Virus record (IMG/VR): IMGVR_UViG_3300020042_002456
Location: 1-52,318 of that record
Direction: 5' to 3' (one strand)
From: a virus
Lineage: Duplodnaviria > Caudoviricetes
DNA: 52,318 nucleotides
Shown: positions 28,247 through 36,801 of the stretch, piece by piece
How the letters are laid out: the number at the start of each line of letters is the position of its first letter
Position numbering within the stretch: the stretch's first letter is position 1
Program-made: the position numbers and the translations under genes
Notes under the pieces: model-generated
Database searches by the model: none
What the model saw: the letters and a program-made list of their open reading frames with translations, nothing else
What the model was told of the DNA's origin: nothing

Positions 28247-28545
28247 GTTTTTACTTTCAAAACGTTACTAGCCGTGGTGTCATAGTATATATCGCCCACC
28301 CGCAAATTGGCTAAATCTGCTTGAGTTGGAAGGCTTGGTGTTGTTGACGTTCCTGTTGGGAAAAAGCTAAGTCCAGCAATGATATCTGTACCGTTTGTTT
28401 GTGTACTAGCCGTCATTGGGCCAGCGTTATCTAGCTGGTTAAAGTACAACCTTAGTACGTTTGTTAGCTGATTTATAAGCGCAGGGTCATACACATTACC
28501 TATTGCAGCAGGCATTCTGGGGGCGACTACATTTTTTTGTGCCAT
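28243..28545 (-). CDS. Structural protein (nozzle-associated, hypothetical)
   Basis: Directly follows the nozzle gene; ATGA coupling. Confidence 0.65.
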   Translation of the reverse strand: MAQKNVVAPRMPAAIGNVYDPALINQLTNVLRLYFNQLDNAGPMTASTQTNGTDIIAGLSFFPTGTSTTPSLPTQADLANLRVGDIYYDTTASNVLKVKT

Positions 28546-28547
28546 AT

Positions 28548-30890
28548 CTATCTTCTGCCGTCAGGACGCAAATCTATTCTAGGAGCGCCAAGCTGCCACT
28601 GCGTACCAAGGGTGTTGGAGGTGATCTTCATCTGCATCTGCCGCCCACGGACACGGATGTAAAGCTGACCCGTGAACTCATCTACGTTAATTACAGAAGG
28701 TGCAGGCCCGCCGTTCACCACATTGGCGTTGCCCGTCTGAGTAATGCCAGAGCCTGAGTTGTTTAAACCCTGTAGGTACATGGTGACTTGCGGGGTTGTT
28801 CCCGAAGTTGATCCACGAAACGTCAGGTCAGGGATCATGCGGTACACAAAGGCAAAGTTATGACCGTCCCCAATGTCGTACTGGGAAGAGGTAATGGACG
28901 CTTCAATAGCTACAGGTGTTCCAGATACGTTGTCATCTACACCATCTTCATGATTAACAATGTTATAGCTGTAAGTAGCCGCAAGTGGAAAGTTTCTTAA
29001 CCCGGTATCCAGCCAAGCTGTACGAGCCATTGAGCCGTACTGCCAGATGTCTTCTGTGTAGTTATAAACAGCGTACCTATCAATAGTTTGGCTGGAGGAT
29101 GAGCAATAGAACCACCAGACTTCGTTAAAACCCTCATTGGTACTGCCAAATATCTGGTCATACTGCGAGGCGTTAATATCGCTGTAGATGTATCGGAGTA
29201 AATCGCAGCGCAGGGTCTGCACCCGCCCATCATATTTATAGAACTTTTCTACACCCATCCAATAGGTAACGCCAGAAGCTATAGCCGCTGCGTTGGGGCC
29301 AGCAATAGATATATTGTCGGCAAGGAGTTGCGTACCCCACACATAAGGTGGGCCAAGGTACTGTAGCGAATACAGTGCTGAGTCTGTCCACACCAAAATC
29401 TCTTGGCGGCTTTGCAGGGTAGTAATAATTTCAGAGCCGTGCGAAAGACGAACACTGCCAGCTTGGTTGGTTACTGCTGGATACCATGTGGTCAAAGACT
29501 CCTGATCTGACCAGCGGATAAGCATTGGGTCAAGTACCACACTGCCGTAGTCATTTGTACCAAACACAAGCAGAAACCGGCTGGCATCTGATATGGTAAA
29601 TGTGTTTTGATATAAAGGCGTGTACCCATCTGCCCCTGATAGAGAAGACAACAACATACCGCGCACAGAAATGGCGTGTGTTCCTGACTGTGTTCCAGAA
29701 GTAATAACTGCTGTTGATAGGGTATAGGTAAGACCTGTGGGCGTTCCTGCGGTGGTTGTGACTCCAGAACCACCTACAGTAGTAGATAAAGTAAATGTTG
29801 TAGAACCATTGGTGGCAACAATGTAATACGTTGTAGGGTTGGTATATCCCGTAATAGAGCCTGTGCCTCCGTAAGTTCCACTGATTACTAACGCCTGATT
29901 AATCACCAAAGTAACGCTTGCGGCGGTGCAACTAAATTGCCCTGCTATGCCCGTAATAACTACACCCGATAACGTTGCACTTGAAGTAGCAGATGTTGCT
30001 AAATTAAAAGTAGAACTGCTGAAATTGGTAACGTAGTACGTTACCCCCGGTATTAAGCCAGTTGGTAAAGCTCCAGTTGTGGTTAAGGTAAGGGGAGTAC
30101 CATTTGCTAACGTAACCCCAAGTACAGTAGCTACGCAAGGGGACGCTATGGTTAACGTAACACTGGGTTCGCGGTATCCAATAGCTGCGTCCCAGTAATA
30201 CAACGGCGATCCACGGGGGCCATAAACTAAATCTTCCCCCCAGTTAAGCTGGTTCCAGATACGCATGGTATCTGTAGAGGAAGTGCCAATACCCCATGTA
30301 CCCGAACCCCAAGTGCCTGCACCCCAGCCGTTCAGAGGTATGGAGTATGAAGGGCCGGTATTGATTTGATAGACGGCGAAAACTGTGCCGCCGCCAGTAG
30401 CCGCAGTAGCTGCTGCGGAGATTGTGATGGTGTATGAGTTGGAAATAACATTGGTAATCTGGTATTCACCGGTAATAAGCTGCCCACCCACGGCAGTGCC
30501 GCCGTAAAAGATTACATAGTCGCCACTGATAAACCCGCCCGTTGCATCCGCGACAGTGACTGTGGTTGTGCCGTTTGTGGTGAACGGGTTGGTCAGAGTG
30601 TGTTCTGCGCTAATTGGGGTAATGTCGTAGTACGCCCCACCGTTCTCAATGTAGAACTTTAAGTTTGTACCAATCCCAAGCAGATTCTGTGATCCCAGCG
30701 TTATCCAGTTCCACAAGGAACGACATACCCCAAAGAATGTATTAGCTGAAATACGCGACCAGCCGCCTATCTTCTCTGGCGTGCCTTGGCGAAACCGCAC
30801 CTTGTCGGACTCATACCAGCCACCTTCATTGGTGTAGCGCGTATTTTCTCTATTCACGCCGCTTTTTAGTTGAAGTTTTTGTAGTGGCAT
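28548..30890 (-). CDS. Podovirus tail nozzle / tubular protein B-like (beta-propeller) with Thr-rich insertions
   Basis: 'G.NRE.T.Y..EG.W…KVRFR.G.PEKIGGW' N-terminus; 'IRWSDQE' motif; size and position. Confidence 0.7.
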   Translation of the reverse strand: MPLQKLQLKSGVNRENTRYTNEGGWYESDKVRFRQGTPEKIGGWSRISANTFFGVCRSLWNWITLGSQNLLGIGTNLKFYIENGGAYYDITPISAEHTLTNPFTTNGTTTVTVADATGGFISGDYVIFYGGTAVGGQLITGEYQITNVISNSYTITISAAATAATGGGTVFAVYQINTGPSYSIPLNGWGAGTWGSGTWGIGTSSTDTMRIWNQLNWGEDLVYGPRGSPLYYWDAAIGYREPSVTLTIASPCVATVLGVTLANGTPLTLTTTGALPTGLIPGVTYYVTNFSSSTFNLATSATSSATLSGVVITGIAGQFSCTAASVTLVINQALVISGTYGGTGSITGYTNPTTYYIVATNGSTTFTLSTTVGGSGVTTTAGTPTGLTYTLSTAVITSGTQSGTHAISVRGMLLSSLSGADGYTPLYQNTFTISDASRFLLVFGTNDYGSVVLDPMLIRWSDQESLTTWYPAVTNQAGSVRLSHGSEIITTLQSRQEILVWTDSALYSLQYLGPPYVWGTQLLADNISIAGPNAAAIASGVTYWMGVEKFYKYDGRVQTLRCDLLRYIYSDINASQYDQIFGSTNEGFNEVWWFYCSSSSQTIDRYAVYNYTEDIWQYGSMARTAWLDTGLRNFPLAATYSYNIVNHEDGVDDNVSGTPVAIEASITSSQYDIGDGHNFAFVYRMIPDLTFRGSTSGTTPQVTMYLQGLNNSGSGITQTGNANVVNGGPAPSVINVDEFTGQLYIRVRGRQMQMKITSNTLGTQWQLGAPRIDLRPDGRR

Positions 30891-30893
30891 ACG

Positions 30894-31337
30894 TTAATCC
30901 AGTAATCGACATTCCGCAGTTCTGCGTTTAACCAGCCCCGGCAAGACTCGTCCACCACCTTTTGTCCAGAGCAAAAGCTGCTCCTTCGCCTCTTCCCAAC
31001 TACCTGCGTTTATCTTGCGCTTGAGGGTGCTGGTTTGCAAACGCCCAGTGCCTAAATTGTAGGCGAAATCCACGATTGCATTACATTTTTTCTCATCGGT
31101 CAGTAAGACCGGGCAGTGCCGCAAAACGCCGGGAAGGTAGGTGTGGTGGAGTTCTTGTAACAACAGCGTAGATGCATCGGGTTCAGACATGGGCGGGTCT
31201 GTCAACGCCACCTTGCGTCCATCGGCGTAGTAAGTACTGCCGTAACCAATCGTTGGGACACCGGCAGGACAGAGGTAGGGTTTACCCCTAAACCCCTCAA
31301 ACTGTTTACACAGTGCTGCGGCAATGTCTAGCTTCAT
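30894..31337 (-). CDS. Endolysin, GH24 phage lysozyme
   Basis: FEGF…YLCPAGVPTIGYG (E-x8-C-x5-T triad), FAYNLG, LPGLVKRR..E. Confidence 0.93.
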   Translation of the reverse strand: MKLDIAAALCKQFEGFRGKPYLCPAGVPTIGYGSTYYADGRKVALTDPPMSEPDASTLLLQELHHTYLPGVLRHCPVLLTDEKKCNAIVDFAYNLGTGRLQTSTLKRKINAGSWEEAKEQLLLWTKGGGRVLPGLVKRRTAECRLLD

Positions 31338-31828
31338 AGCCCACGCTTTGCCAATGTTCTGTCGAGGAACCAGTAGTTCAAAGTGCCCGATACCAGCGCG
31401 GCAAAGTCGGCGGACATGATAAGTTTAAACACCGCCTCTGGTGGCGCACCCGTAGACCAAGCAGTCCATGCAAACCAGACATGGGCAAAGCTCCACAGAA
31501 CCAAAATCCAGTACGTTGCCACCGGACGAACAGATGCGGACAGGCTTGCGGCCCAGCCGCCTGCTTCCTTGACCATCTCCGTCTGTTGCTCAACGGCAGA
31601 GTTAAACGCATCCATTACGCCAGCGTCTACCGTGGCCTCGCGCTGCGCCCCAATTTCAGCTAGTTTCTGATTTCCCCGCAAAGTTTCCAGTTGGCATTGC
31701 TGCTCAAACATCTTTAACTCATGGCTTCGCTCGTTCTTCTTGTCCATCCATTTCAAGACTTCAGGAGCAAGTCGGAATAAGCCCCCAAGCAGGGAGCCAA
31801 AAATACCACCACCTAGTAAATCTAACAT
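31334..31828 (-). CDS. Putative holin (3-TM type)
   Basis: Adjacent to lysozyme; hydrophobic segments; 'SVRP..TY', 'YWF.DR' motifs. Confidence 0.65.
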   Translation of the reverse strand: MLDLLGGGIFGSLLGGLFRLAPEVLKWMDKKNERSHELKMFEQQCQLETLRGNQKLAEIGAQREATVDAGVMDAFNSAVEQQTEMVKEAGGWAASLSASVRPVATYWILVLWSFAHVWFAWTAWSTGAPPEAVFKLIMSADFAALVSGTLNYWFLDRTLAKRGL

Positions 31829-31829
31829 A

Positions 31830-32327
31830 TCAACCCCTCTTAATCAAGAATTCCCAAGCCAGACTACCTATCGGCACAATCATCGCAATAGCAGCAATAA
31901 AAAGCAAGAAGTTCATAAAGGCATCTCCCGCCGCTTCCTTGTCCTTTTGTTTCTGCTCTGCCATTACCCTTTCCATTTCAGAACGCTCCTTGTGCATTCG
32001 CACCCGCTCTGCCATCATCTCTTCCCAAACTGGCGCATTGCCGGTCATAAACAACAAGTCCTTTATGTACCGCTCATCATCTCGTAGTGCCTTAGACGCA
32101 AAGGCTATCTTTAGGGCTTCTGCGTTTATCTGCGAATCGTTCTTCTGAATACTTGCTATTCGTGCCTTGGCGGAGGCGGTGTGAACCTGATCTGCCGCCG
32201 AGTAAAAGCTGCTGAACTGACCATACAAAGACTTTACATCCTTGCCTAGCGCAACTGCTTTCTTGATCTGATCCACCACGGCTTGAGCCGTAGCTATCGC
32301 CACCGTAATAGAAATCGGATCGAGCAT
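31830..32327 (-). CDS. Membrane-anchored coiled-coil protein (lysis region)
   Basis: 'DPIS' N-terminus, coiled coil, C-terminal TM helix. Confidence 0.7.
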   Translation of the reverse strand: MLDPISITVAIATAQAVVDQIKKAVALGKDVKSLYGQFSSFYSAADQVHTASAKARIASIQKNDSQINAEALKIAFASKALRDDERYIKDLLFMTGNAPVWEEMMAERVRMHKERSEMERVMAEQKQKDKEAAGDAFMNFLLFIAAIAMIVPIGSLAWEFLIKRG

Positions 32328-32465
32328 TCACTTGTCCACCTTTTTCCACTCTAAGCAGTAAACCTTACGTTCAAATACGTCCCCCGTCCAGTACCACCTG
32401 ACGCATATATACTTAACTGGCGCTGGTGGTGTGACCAGCATCAATGCAAGCACGATCCAGCGCAT
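32328..32465 (-). CDS. 45-aa peptide with hydrophobic N-terminus and a Cys pair (absent from ORF track)
   Basis: MRWIVLALMLVTPPAPVKYICVRWYWTGDVFERKVYCLEWKKVDK*; stop abuts next ATG. Confidence 0.65.
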   Translation of the reverse strand: MRWIVLALMLVTPPAPVKYICVRWYWTGDVFERKVYCLEWKKVDK

Positions 32466-32474
32466 ACATAGGGG

Positions 32475-32534
32475 TTACCTAGCTTCCAGCGCCGCAATGC
32501 GGTCAGTGAGGGATGTGATTAGGGCTTGCTGTTC
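32475..32534 (-). pseudogene. Start-less remnant resembling the C-terminal coiled coil of a peptidase-S74 tail-fibre chaperone
   Basis: EQQALITSLTDRIAALEAR*, with an in-frame TGA two codons upstream. Confidence 0.55.
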
Positions 32535-32542
32535 GGTTCATA

Positions 32543-32695
32543 TTACCAGCCCATTGCAGTTACATCAGCAGCACGGTCAGGGTAGTCAGACAAGTATTGC
32601 TCTTTGTCTGCTTGTGTGTACTCTTTGGTTGTCTCGTCAACGAGCGTAACGGTAATTTTGTTATCGTCTGTGTTAAATGTAATTGATTCAACCAT
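32543..32695 (-). CDS. 50-aa acidic protein, putative fibre chaperone (absent from ORF track)
   Basis: MVESITFNTDDNKIT…TAMGW*; starts 2 nt after the fibre stop. Confidence 0.65.
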   Translation of the reverse strand: MVESITFNTDDNKITVTLVDETTKEYTQADKEQYLSDYPDRAADVTAMGW

Positions 32696-32697
32696 GA

Positions 32698-33243
32698 TTA
32701 GATCACCTGATAAGTTACATTGAACGCATAAATTGCGCTTGCCACGTTAACAGCAGTAAATCTAAATTCAAACTGATCGCCAGTTGCATCACCAATAATT
32801 GCACCTTGATCCGCTTGACCGCTTGTGACGGTTGCAAATGTTCCCCCTGCTTGTCTGCTTGATCCAAAATTGCTTGCTACAGGTAAAGTCATTTTCATAT
32901 TGCAAGCACCCGCAGTAGTCGGATCAATAGTTACTTGACCCGATACCGTCACTACATCTCCAACTCTCAAGTATTGACAAGCTGAAGGAGTCGATGACGC
33001 AATATTTGTAGTATTTGTCAGTGTAGGCGTATAAGTCCCGCTAAACACATTGCCGTCACCAGCAGCAGGGGATGTTACAGATGTTCTAACAATAGACACA
33101 CCACCCGCAGTCGATAGAGTTAATACTGTTGTGCCTGCGCTTTGTAGCGTTAAGTCTGTGGCTGCTTCGGATGTAACTATGTTGGTGTTTGTGAGCGTAT
33201 TCGCCCCTGTAATAGTTCCTGAGCCGTTGATCGTGATGGTCAT
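32698..33243 (-). CDS. Short tail-fibre/adhesin-like protein
   Basis: T/S/G-rich; 'GTYTPTL…YLRVGDVVTV…LPV' fibre-tip pattern. Confidence 0.75.
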   Translation of the reverse strand: MTITINGSGTITGANTLTNTNIVTSEAATDLTLQSAGTTVLTLSTAGGVSIVRTSVTSPAAGDGNVFSGTYTPTLTNTTNIASSTPSACQYLRVGDVVTVSGQVTIDPTTAGACNMKMTLPVASNFGSSRQAGGTFATVTSGQADQGAIIGDATGDQFEFRFTAVNVASAIYAFNVTYQVI

Positions 33244-33351
33244 GATTTATTCCTCTGCGGGTGTGTTGCCAAGGCCACCAGCGGGGAAGGTTACGCCAGT
33301 AGTTCCACTAATTGATGTTGCCATGATTTATTCCTCTGCGGGTGTGTTGCC
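33241..33351. repeat. Perfect 30-bp direct repeat (33241-33270 and 33322-33351)
   Basis: CATGATTTATTCCTCTGCGGGTGTGTTGCC occurs twice. Confidence 0.95.
33247..33324 (-). pseudogene. 25-aa collapsed fibre/chaperone chimera
   Basis: MATSISGTTGVTFPAGGL-GNTPAEE*: fibre-type N-terminus fused to chaperone-type C-terminus. Confidence 0.65.
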
Positions 33352-33480
33352 TTCAGCAAGCCACTCAAGGTACTGCTGGTAGTCGGTGTTGGCGGGGTCA
33401 AGGGGGATAGATGCGCCGTCTGCTATTTTTAAAACAGAAACAACTTTATTGTCTAGCTTATCTTTTTGCAGTTGGTACAT
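33328..33480 (-). CDS. 50-aa putative fibre chaperone (start moved to MYQLQK)
   Basis: 'IPLDPANTDYQQYLEWLAEGNTP' motif typical of small genes following fibres. Confidence 0.75.
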   Translation of the reverse strand: MYQLQKDKLDNKVVSVLKIADGASIPLDPANTDYQQYLEWLAEGNTPAEE

Positions 33481-33481
33481 T

Positions 33482-34495
33482 TTATAACTCCGAAGAATAA
33501 GTAATAAATGAAGCTGTTCCATCTATAATAGTTGCAGCGCGGCCAACAGTTAACCCGCCAGTACTTGCAGTTAATCCCAAAGAAGCACCAAAAGAAGATG
33601 AAAGATTTACTGAAATTGATGTTATAAATGGTGCGGCTGTACCATCATAAATTCTTGGATTTGTTGTGCCACCTATTGCCGCAGTTGGGGTTGTACGCAT
33701 ACTTACAGGAAAACGCATACCACATCTGTCTGCAACTGTTGCTGCACCAATAACCCCAATCAAAAAGGTTGCCTGATTGCCGTCTTGCAAATCTTTTACA
33801 AAATACCGCTGGCACAGCGCCAACTCCGTTCCAAAAGGCCGGTAGTCAAAGGATGTGGCTGTTGAGCCTTTCTCAAACTGCACATTGCCAATTGTCCAAG
33901 TCAGTCCCGCAGTCAATGCGCCCACCGTAAACACAATCTGTATGCCGGTTGTAGCGGCAGCAGGGACGCTGATGTTTGTCGAGAAGTTGGTAACTGTTGC
34001 GCTGACGGTGAATGTGCCAGTAGCAATCTGGGTCACAGTAGGGCTTGCCAATGTGCCAAACGTGTCCGCTGTTGTCGTTGCATAGCTTGCTGTCCAAGTC
34101 ACAGTCGTGAGCGTTGCCGATATAGCCAAGTCTGCGGACAGAGTACAAGTAGAACCCGCCAAATCGTAAGAGTTTTTCTGCTCAATACGTTGACCAAAAC
34201 CTACTGTAGCGACTGATGCTGCACCTGTGAACCTGTACCTAAACTGAGTAACAGATGGTGTAGTTGAGCCAGCCACTTGCTGACCCGTGACGTTTGCGCC
34301 TGTGCAAAACCCATACCAGCGGTCAACGGAATATGCTAGAGCCGCCGCAGCGGTAAATGTTTGCGAGGCTGCTGCATTACGCTGGTCAATAGCCATCAAG
34401 CCATTAATGATTCTGTTCTTAAACCCAAAGGTGCTGGCAGAGTCAAACTGCCCAGCTAGGGTGATGCCTGTTGTGCCGGAGATTGAGATGGTCAT
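33482..34495 (-). CDS. Tail-fibre-like protein with carbohydrate-binding-type domain
   Basis: 'FKNRIING…IDQR…DRW…VQFEKG..AT.F..RP…ELALCQRY' pattern. Confidence 0.8.
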   Translation of the reverse strand: MTISISGTTGITLAGQFDSASTFGFKNRIINGLMAIDQRNAAASQTFTAAAALAYSVDRWYGFCTGANVTGQQVAGSTTPSVTQFRYRFTGAASVATVGFGQRIEQKNSYDLAGSTCTLSADLAISATLTTVTWTASYATTTADTFGTLASPTVTQIATGTFTVSATVTNFSTNISVPAAATTGIQIVFTVGALTAGLTWTIGNVQFEKGSTATSFDYRPFGTELALCQRYFVKDLQDGNQATFLIGVIGAATVADRCGMRFPVSMRTTPTAAIGGTTNPRIYDGTAAPFITSISVNLSSSFGASLGLTASTGGLTVGRAATIIDGTASFITYSSEL

Positions 34496-34617
34496 TGTGG
34501 TTGTCCTTCAGCGGCCTGTGCAGCCAATGATGCCTCGTATGCAGCGAGTTCCTCGCCTTCCAACTCAATCTCTTTGACTTCGCCGGTTTCGCAATTGACT
34601 TCGATTCGTGTAGGCAT
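34492..34617 (-). CDS. 41-aa acidic protein, putative fibre chaperone (absent from ORF track)
   Basis: MPTRIEVNCETGEVKEIELEGEE…GQPQ*; ATGA coupling. Confidence 0.7.
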   Translation of the reverse strand: MPTRIEVNCETGEVKEIELEGEELAAYEASLAAQAAEGQPQ

Positions 34618-34619
34618 GA

Positions 34620-35258
34620 TTAACCCTCGTACAAAATGTTGATTGAACCGGCATCAAAGGTATCTGTGCCGTTGACTGTGGTGATGCGTACGCGGTCAAG
34701 TGTGCCGCCAAGCGTTTTAGCGCCAGTCAAAAAATACATAAAGTTTTGAGCCGCACCAATGTTGTAAGAGCCTGTCAATGTCCATGTATTTGAGCCGAGC
34801 AAAGAAAAAATAAGCGCCCCGTTTCTAGAAAACGTTGCATTGTTATCTCCATTACTGTCAAAACCAGATGTTGATGCCGCAGCACTTACAGTAGCACCCA
34901 ATTGTCCAGCCGTTCCTAAATAACTAGTTGTTTCTACACCTGTTGAGATACCTAATTGAAACCGCATTAAAGATGTACCGCTTGTGCTTACGCCACTTAA
35001 CATCACAGTAATCCGCTTAACCCATGATGGTATGCTTGTAAAGTCAATTGACGTACCGCTAGTAGAAGCTACCGCCGTACCCGAGGTAATTGCCCCGCCT
35101 TGGATGGTCTTATTGGTCAATGTCTGCGTTGCATCCGTACCCACAAAGGTGGTGGTTGCATCAGGCAGCGTCAGCGTCCTGTTGGTGTTTGTATTAGGTG
35201 CGGCAATGGTCAGCGTACCCGTGCCGCTTGCGTTGCCTTGGATTTGTACTAAGCTCAT
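34620..35258 (-). CDS. Short tail-fibre-like protein
   Basis: 'TLTLPDATTT…TQTLTNKT' and 'IDFTSIPSWVKRIT…FDAGSINILYE' motifs. Confidence 0.75.
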   Translation of the reverse strand: MSLVQIQGNASGTGTLTIAAPNTNTNRTLTLPDATTTFVGTDATQTLTNKTIQGGAITSGTAVASTSGTSIDFTSIPSWVKRITVMLSGVSTSGTSLMRFQLGISTGVETTSYLGTAGQLGATVSAAASTSGFDSNGDNNATFSRNGALIFSLLGSNTWTLTGSYNIGAAQNFMYFLTGAKTLGGTLDRVRITTVNGTDTFDAGSINILYEG

Positions 35259-35267
35259 AGATGATCC

Positions 35268-35864
35268 TTAAATAACATACCAGTTAGAGCCGGTGGGAAC
35301 CGTTACCGTAATTCCACTGTTGATAGAAATAGGCCCAAACGAACCAGCGTTGTAGCCAGTGCTGATGGTGTAGTTTACTGTTACGGTCTGTCCGTTTTGG
35401 ATAAAAATCTGATCTGATCCACCGCCTGTTGCGCCGCCACTTGTAGTCGCCTTAACGTAGTCAGTGCCGCTCCAGAACAATACGGATTTTTCTCCGTTAA
35501 TCATGGTAACGCCTGTAGTGGCTGCGCCCTTAACCGTTAGGAGAAATCCACCTGTACAGTTATTGTTGATGATATACGACTTGCTGCTGCTAGGGAGGAT
35601 TAGGTTTCTGGCTGCGGTCATTGCCCCGCTAAGGTTCAGGATAGCGTACTGCCCCGAAAGTGTGGTTATGCCTGTACCTGCGCTAGTTCCTTGCGTGTTA
35701 GCTAAAGTAACGTCTGCCGTGGTTATTGTGACAGCCAAGCCGCCCGCAATGGCAATGTCCAAGTAAGCGGTGAGGGCGTTGTTTACATCATCGCCCCAAG
35801 TGCCTGATTCCGTCCCGGTGACCGGCAGGCCAAGGGATAGATTAGTAGTGTAATTGACTGTCAT
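35268..35864 (-). CDS. Proximal tail-fibre/adaptor protein
   Basis: 'GTESGTWG' N-terminus; C-terminal 'GPISINSGITVTVPTGS.W' module. Confidence 0.75.
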   Translation of the reverse strand: MTVNYTTNLSLGLPVTGTESGTWGDDVNNALTAYLDIAIAGGLAVTITTADVTLANTQGTSAGTGITTLSGQYAILNLSGAMTAARNLILPSSSKSYIINNNCTGGFLLTVKGAATTGVTMINGEKSVLFWSGTDYVKATTSGGATGGGSDQIFIQNGQTVTVNYTISTGYNAGSFGPISINSGITVTVPTGSNWYVI

Positions 35865-35877
35865 GTTGTAACCTTTA

Positions 35878-36336
35878 CTAAACGACTGTCCAGACCGAAC
35901 CAGTAGGTACTGTTACAGTTATTCCACTAGCCACCGATATTGGGCCTGCACTAAAGGCATTTCTACCCGTACTAATAGTTGAACTTACATCAATTGAGGC
36001 ATCATTTTCTACATACCCTTCACCGCCAGTAATAGCTCGTCCTGACGGATAAGTAACAAAAACATCCTTTGTACCAGAAGAAAATGTAACAAGCGACCCG
36101 CCGTTGCTGGAGGATAAGACTGTATCACGGGATAAAGTTGTGCCAGAGGATGTATACGTCCCAATGCCAACTTCCCACTCAGAGCCAGACTGGCCTGCAA
36201 TTGTGTAATACGTTGTATTGGCATTACCCACCGCAGAAAACGACTGAAACCCCGTTGAGGCTCCAAGAAGCGTGACAGTACCCGTACCCGTTGTAGCGGT
36301 AGTTTCTTTAACCCGATCTGCTAGTACAAGAGCCAT
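35878..36336 (-). CDS. Fibre/adaptor structural protein
   Basis: 'LADRVKETT..TGTG…WEVG.G'; same C-terminal module as 35268..35864. Confidence 0.75.
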   Translation of the reverse strand: MALVLADRVKETTATTGTGTVTLLGASTGFQSFSAVGNANTTYYTIAGQSGSEWEVGIGTYTSSGTTLSRDTVLSSSNGGSLVTFSSGTKDVFVTYPSGRAITGGEGYVENDASIDVSSTISTGRNAFSAGPISVASGITVTVPTGSVWTVV

Positions 36337-36344
36337 TTATGCCT

Positions 36345-36776
36345 CTATGGTGGAGTGTCAATCAACACCCAACTTGTGGTCTGATTGTTTGGGATTGTAG
36401 ACCAACTGGGGGATTGCACATTAGCTATATTTTGCCAGTTTGCTGTTTGATTGTTGTCTATTATGACCCAACTTACCGGAATAATTATCCCCACAGCACC
36501 CACTGCCTGCACCCCAGACAGCGCCAACGATATATCTATACCTACACTGCCAACTCCGCCTGTTGCTTCAAGCCCGGTAAGGGCAATAGAAACTGCTTGG
36601 GATGTAGTAATTGTTCCAACTAATCCAACCGCCTGAACTCCAGTCAGCGCAAGGGATATATCTACACTTACAGTACCCGCATTCCCCGTTGCCTGAACTC
36701 CCGTTAACGCCAATGTGACGTTAGTTCCCCCCAACGCTGAGAACGGCGCTCCAGAGAAAGGGGTTATACCAAACAT
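36345..36776 (-). CDS. Structural protein with four ~20-aa repeats ((L/I)AL(T/S)GxxAxGxxG)
   Basis: Repeats visible in translation. Confidence 0.7.
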   Translation of the reverse strand: MFGITPFSGAPFSALGGTNVTLALTGVQATGNAGTVSVDISLALTGVQAVGLVGTITTSQAVSIALTGLEATGGVGSVGIDISLALSGVQAVGAVGIIIPVSWVIIDNNQTANWQNIANVQSPSWSTIPNNQTTSWVLIDTPP

Positions 36777-36801
36777 GGCCTACGGCCTTCGCCGCCTCCG
36801 C

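Noticed and set aside
32543-35258. Diversity-generating retroelement or invertase shufflon acting on the fibres
   Set aside because: No reverse transcriptase or recombinase, no TR/VR pair with A-specific mismatches, and all cassettes face the same way
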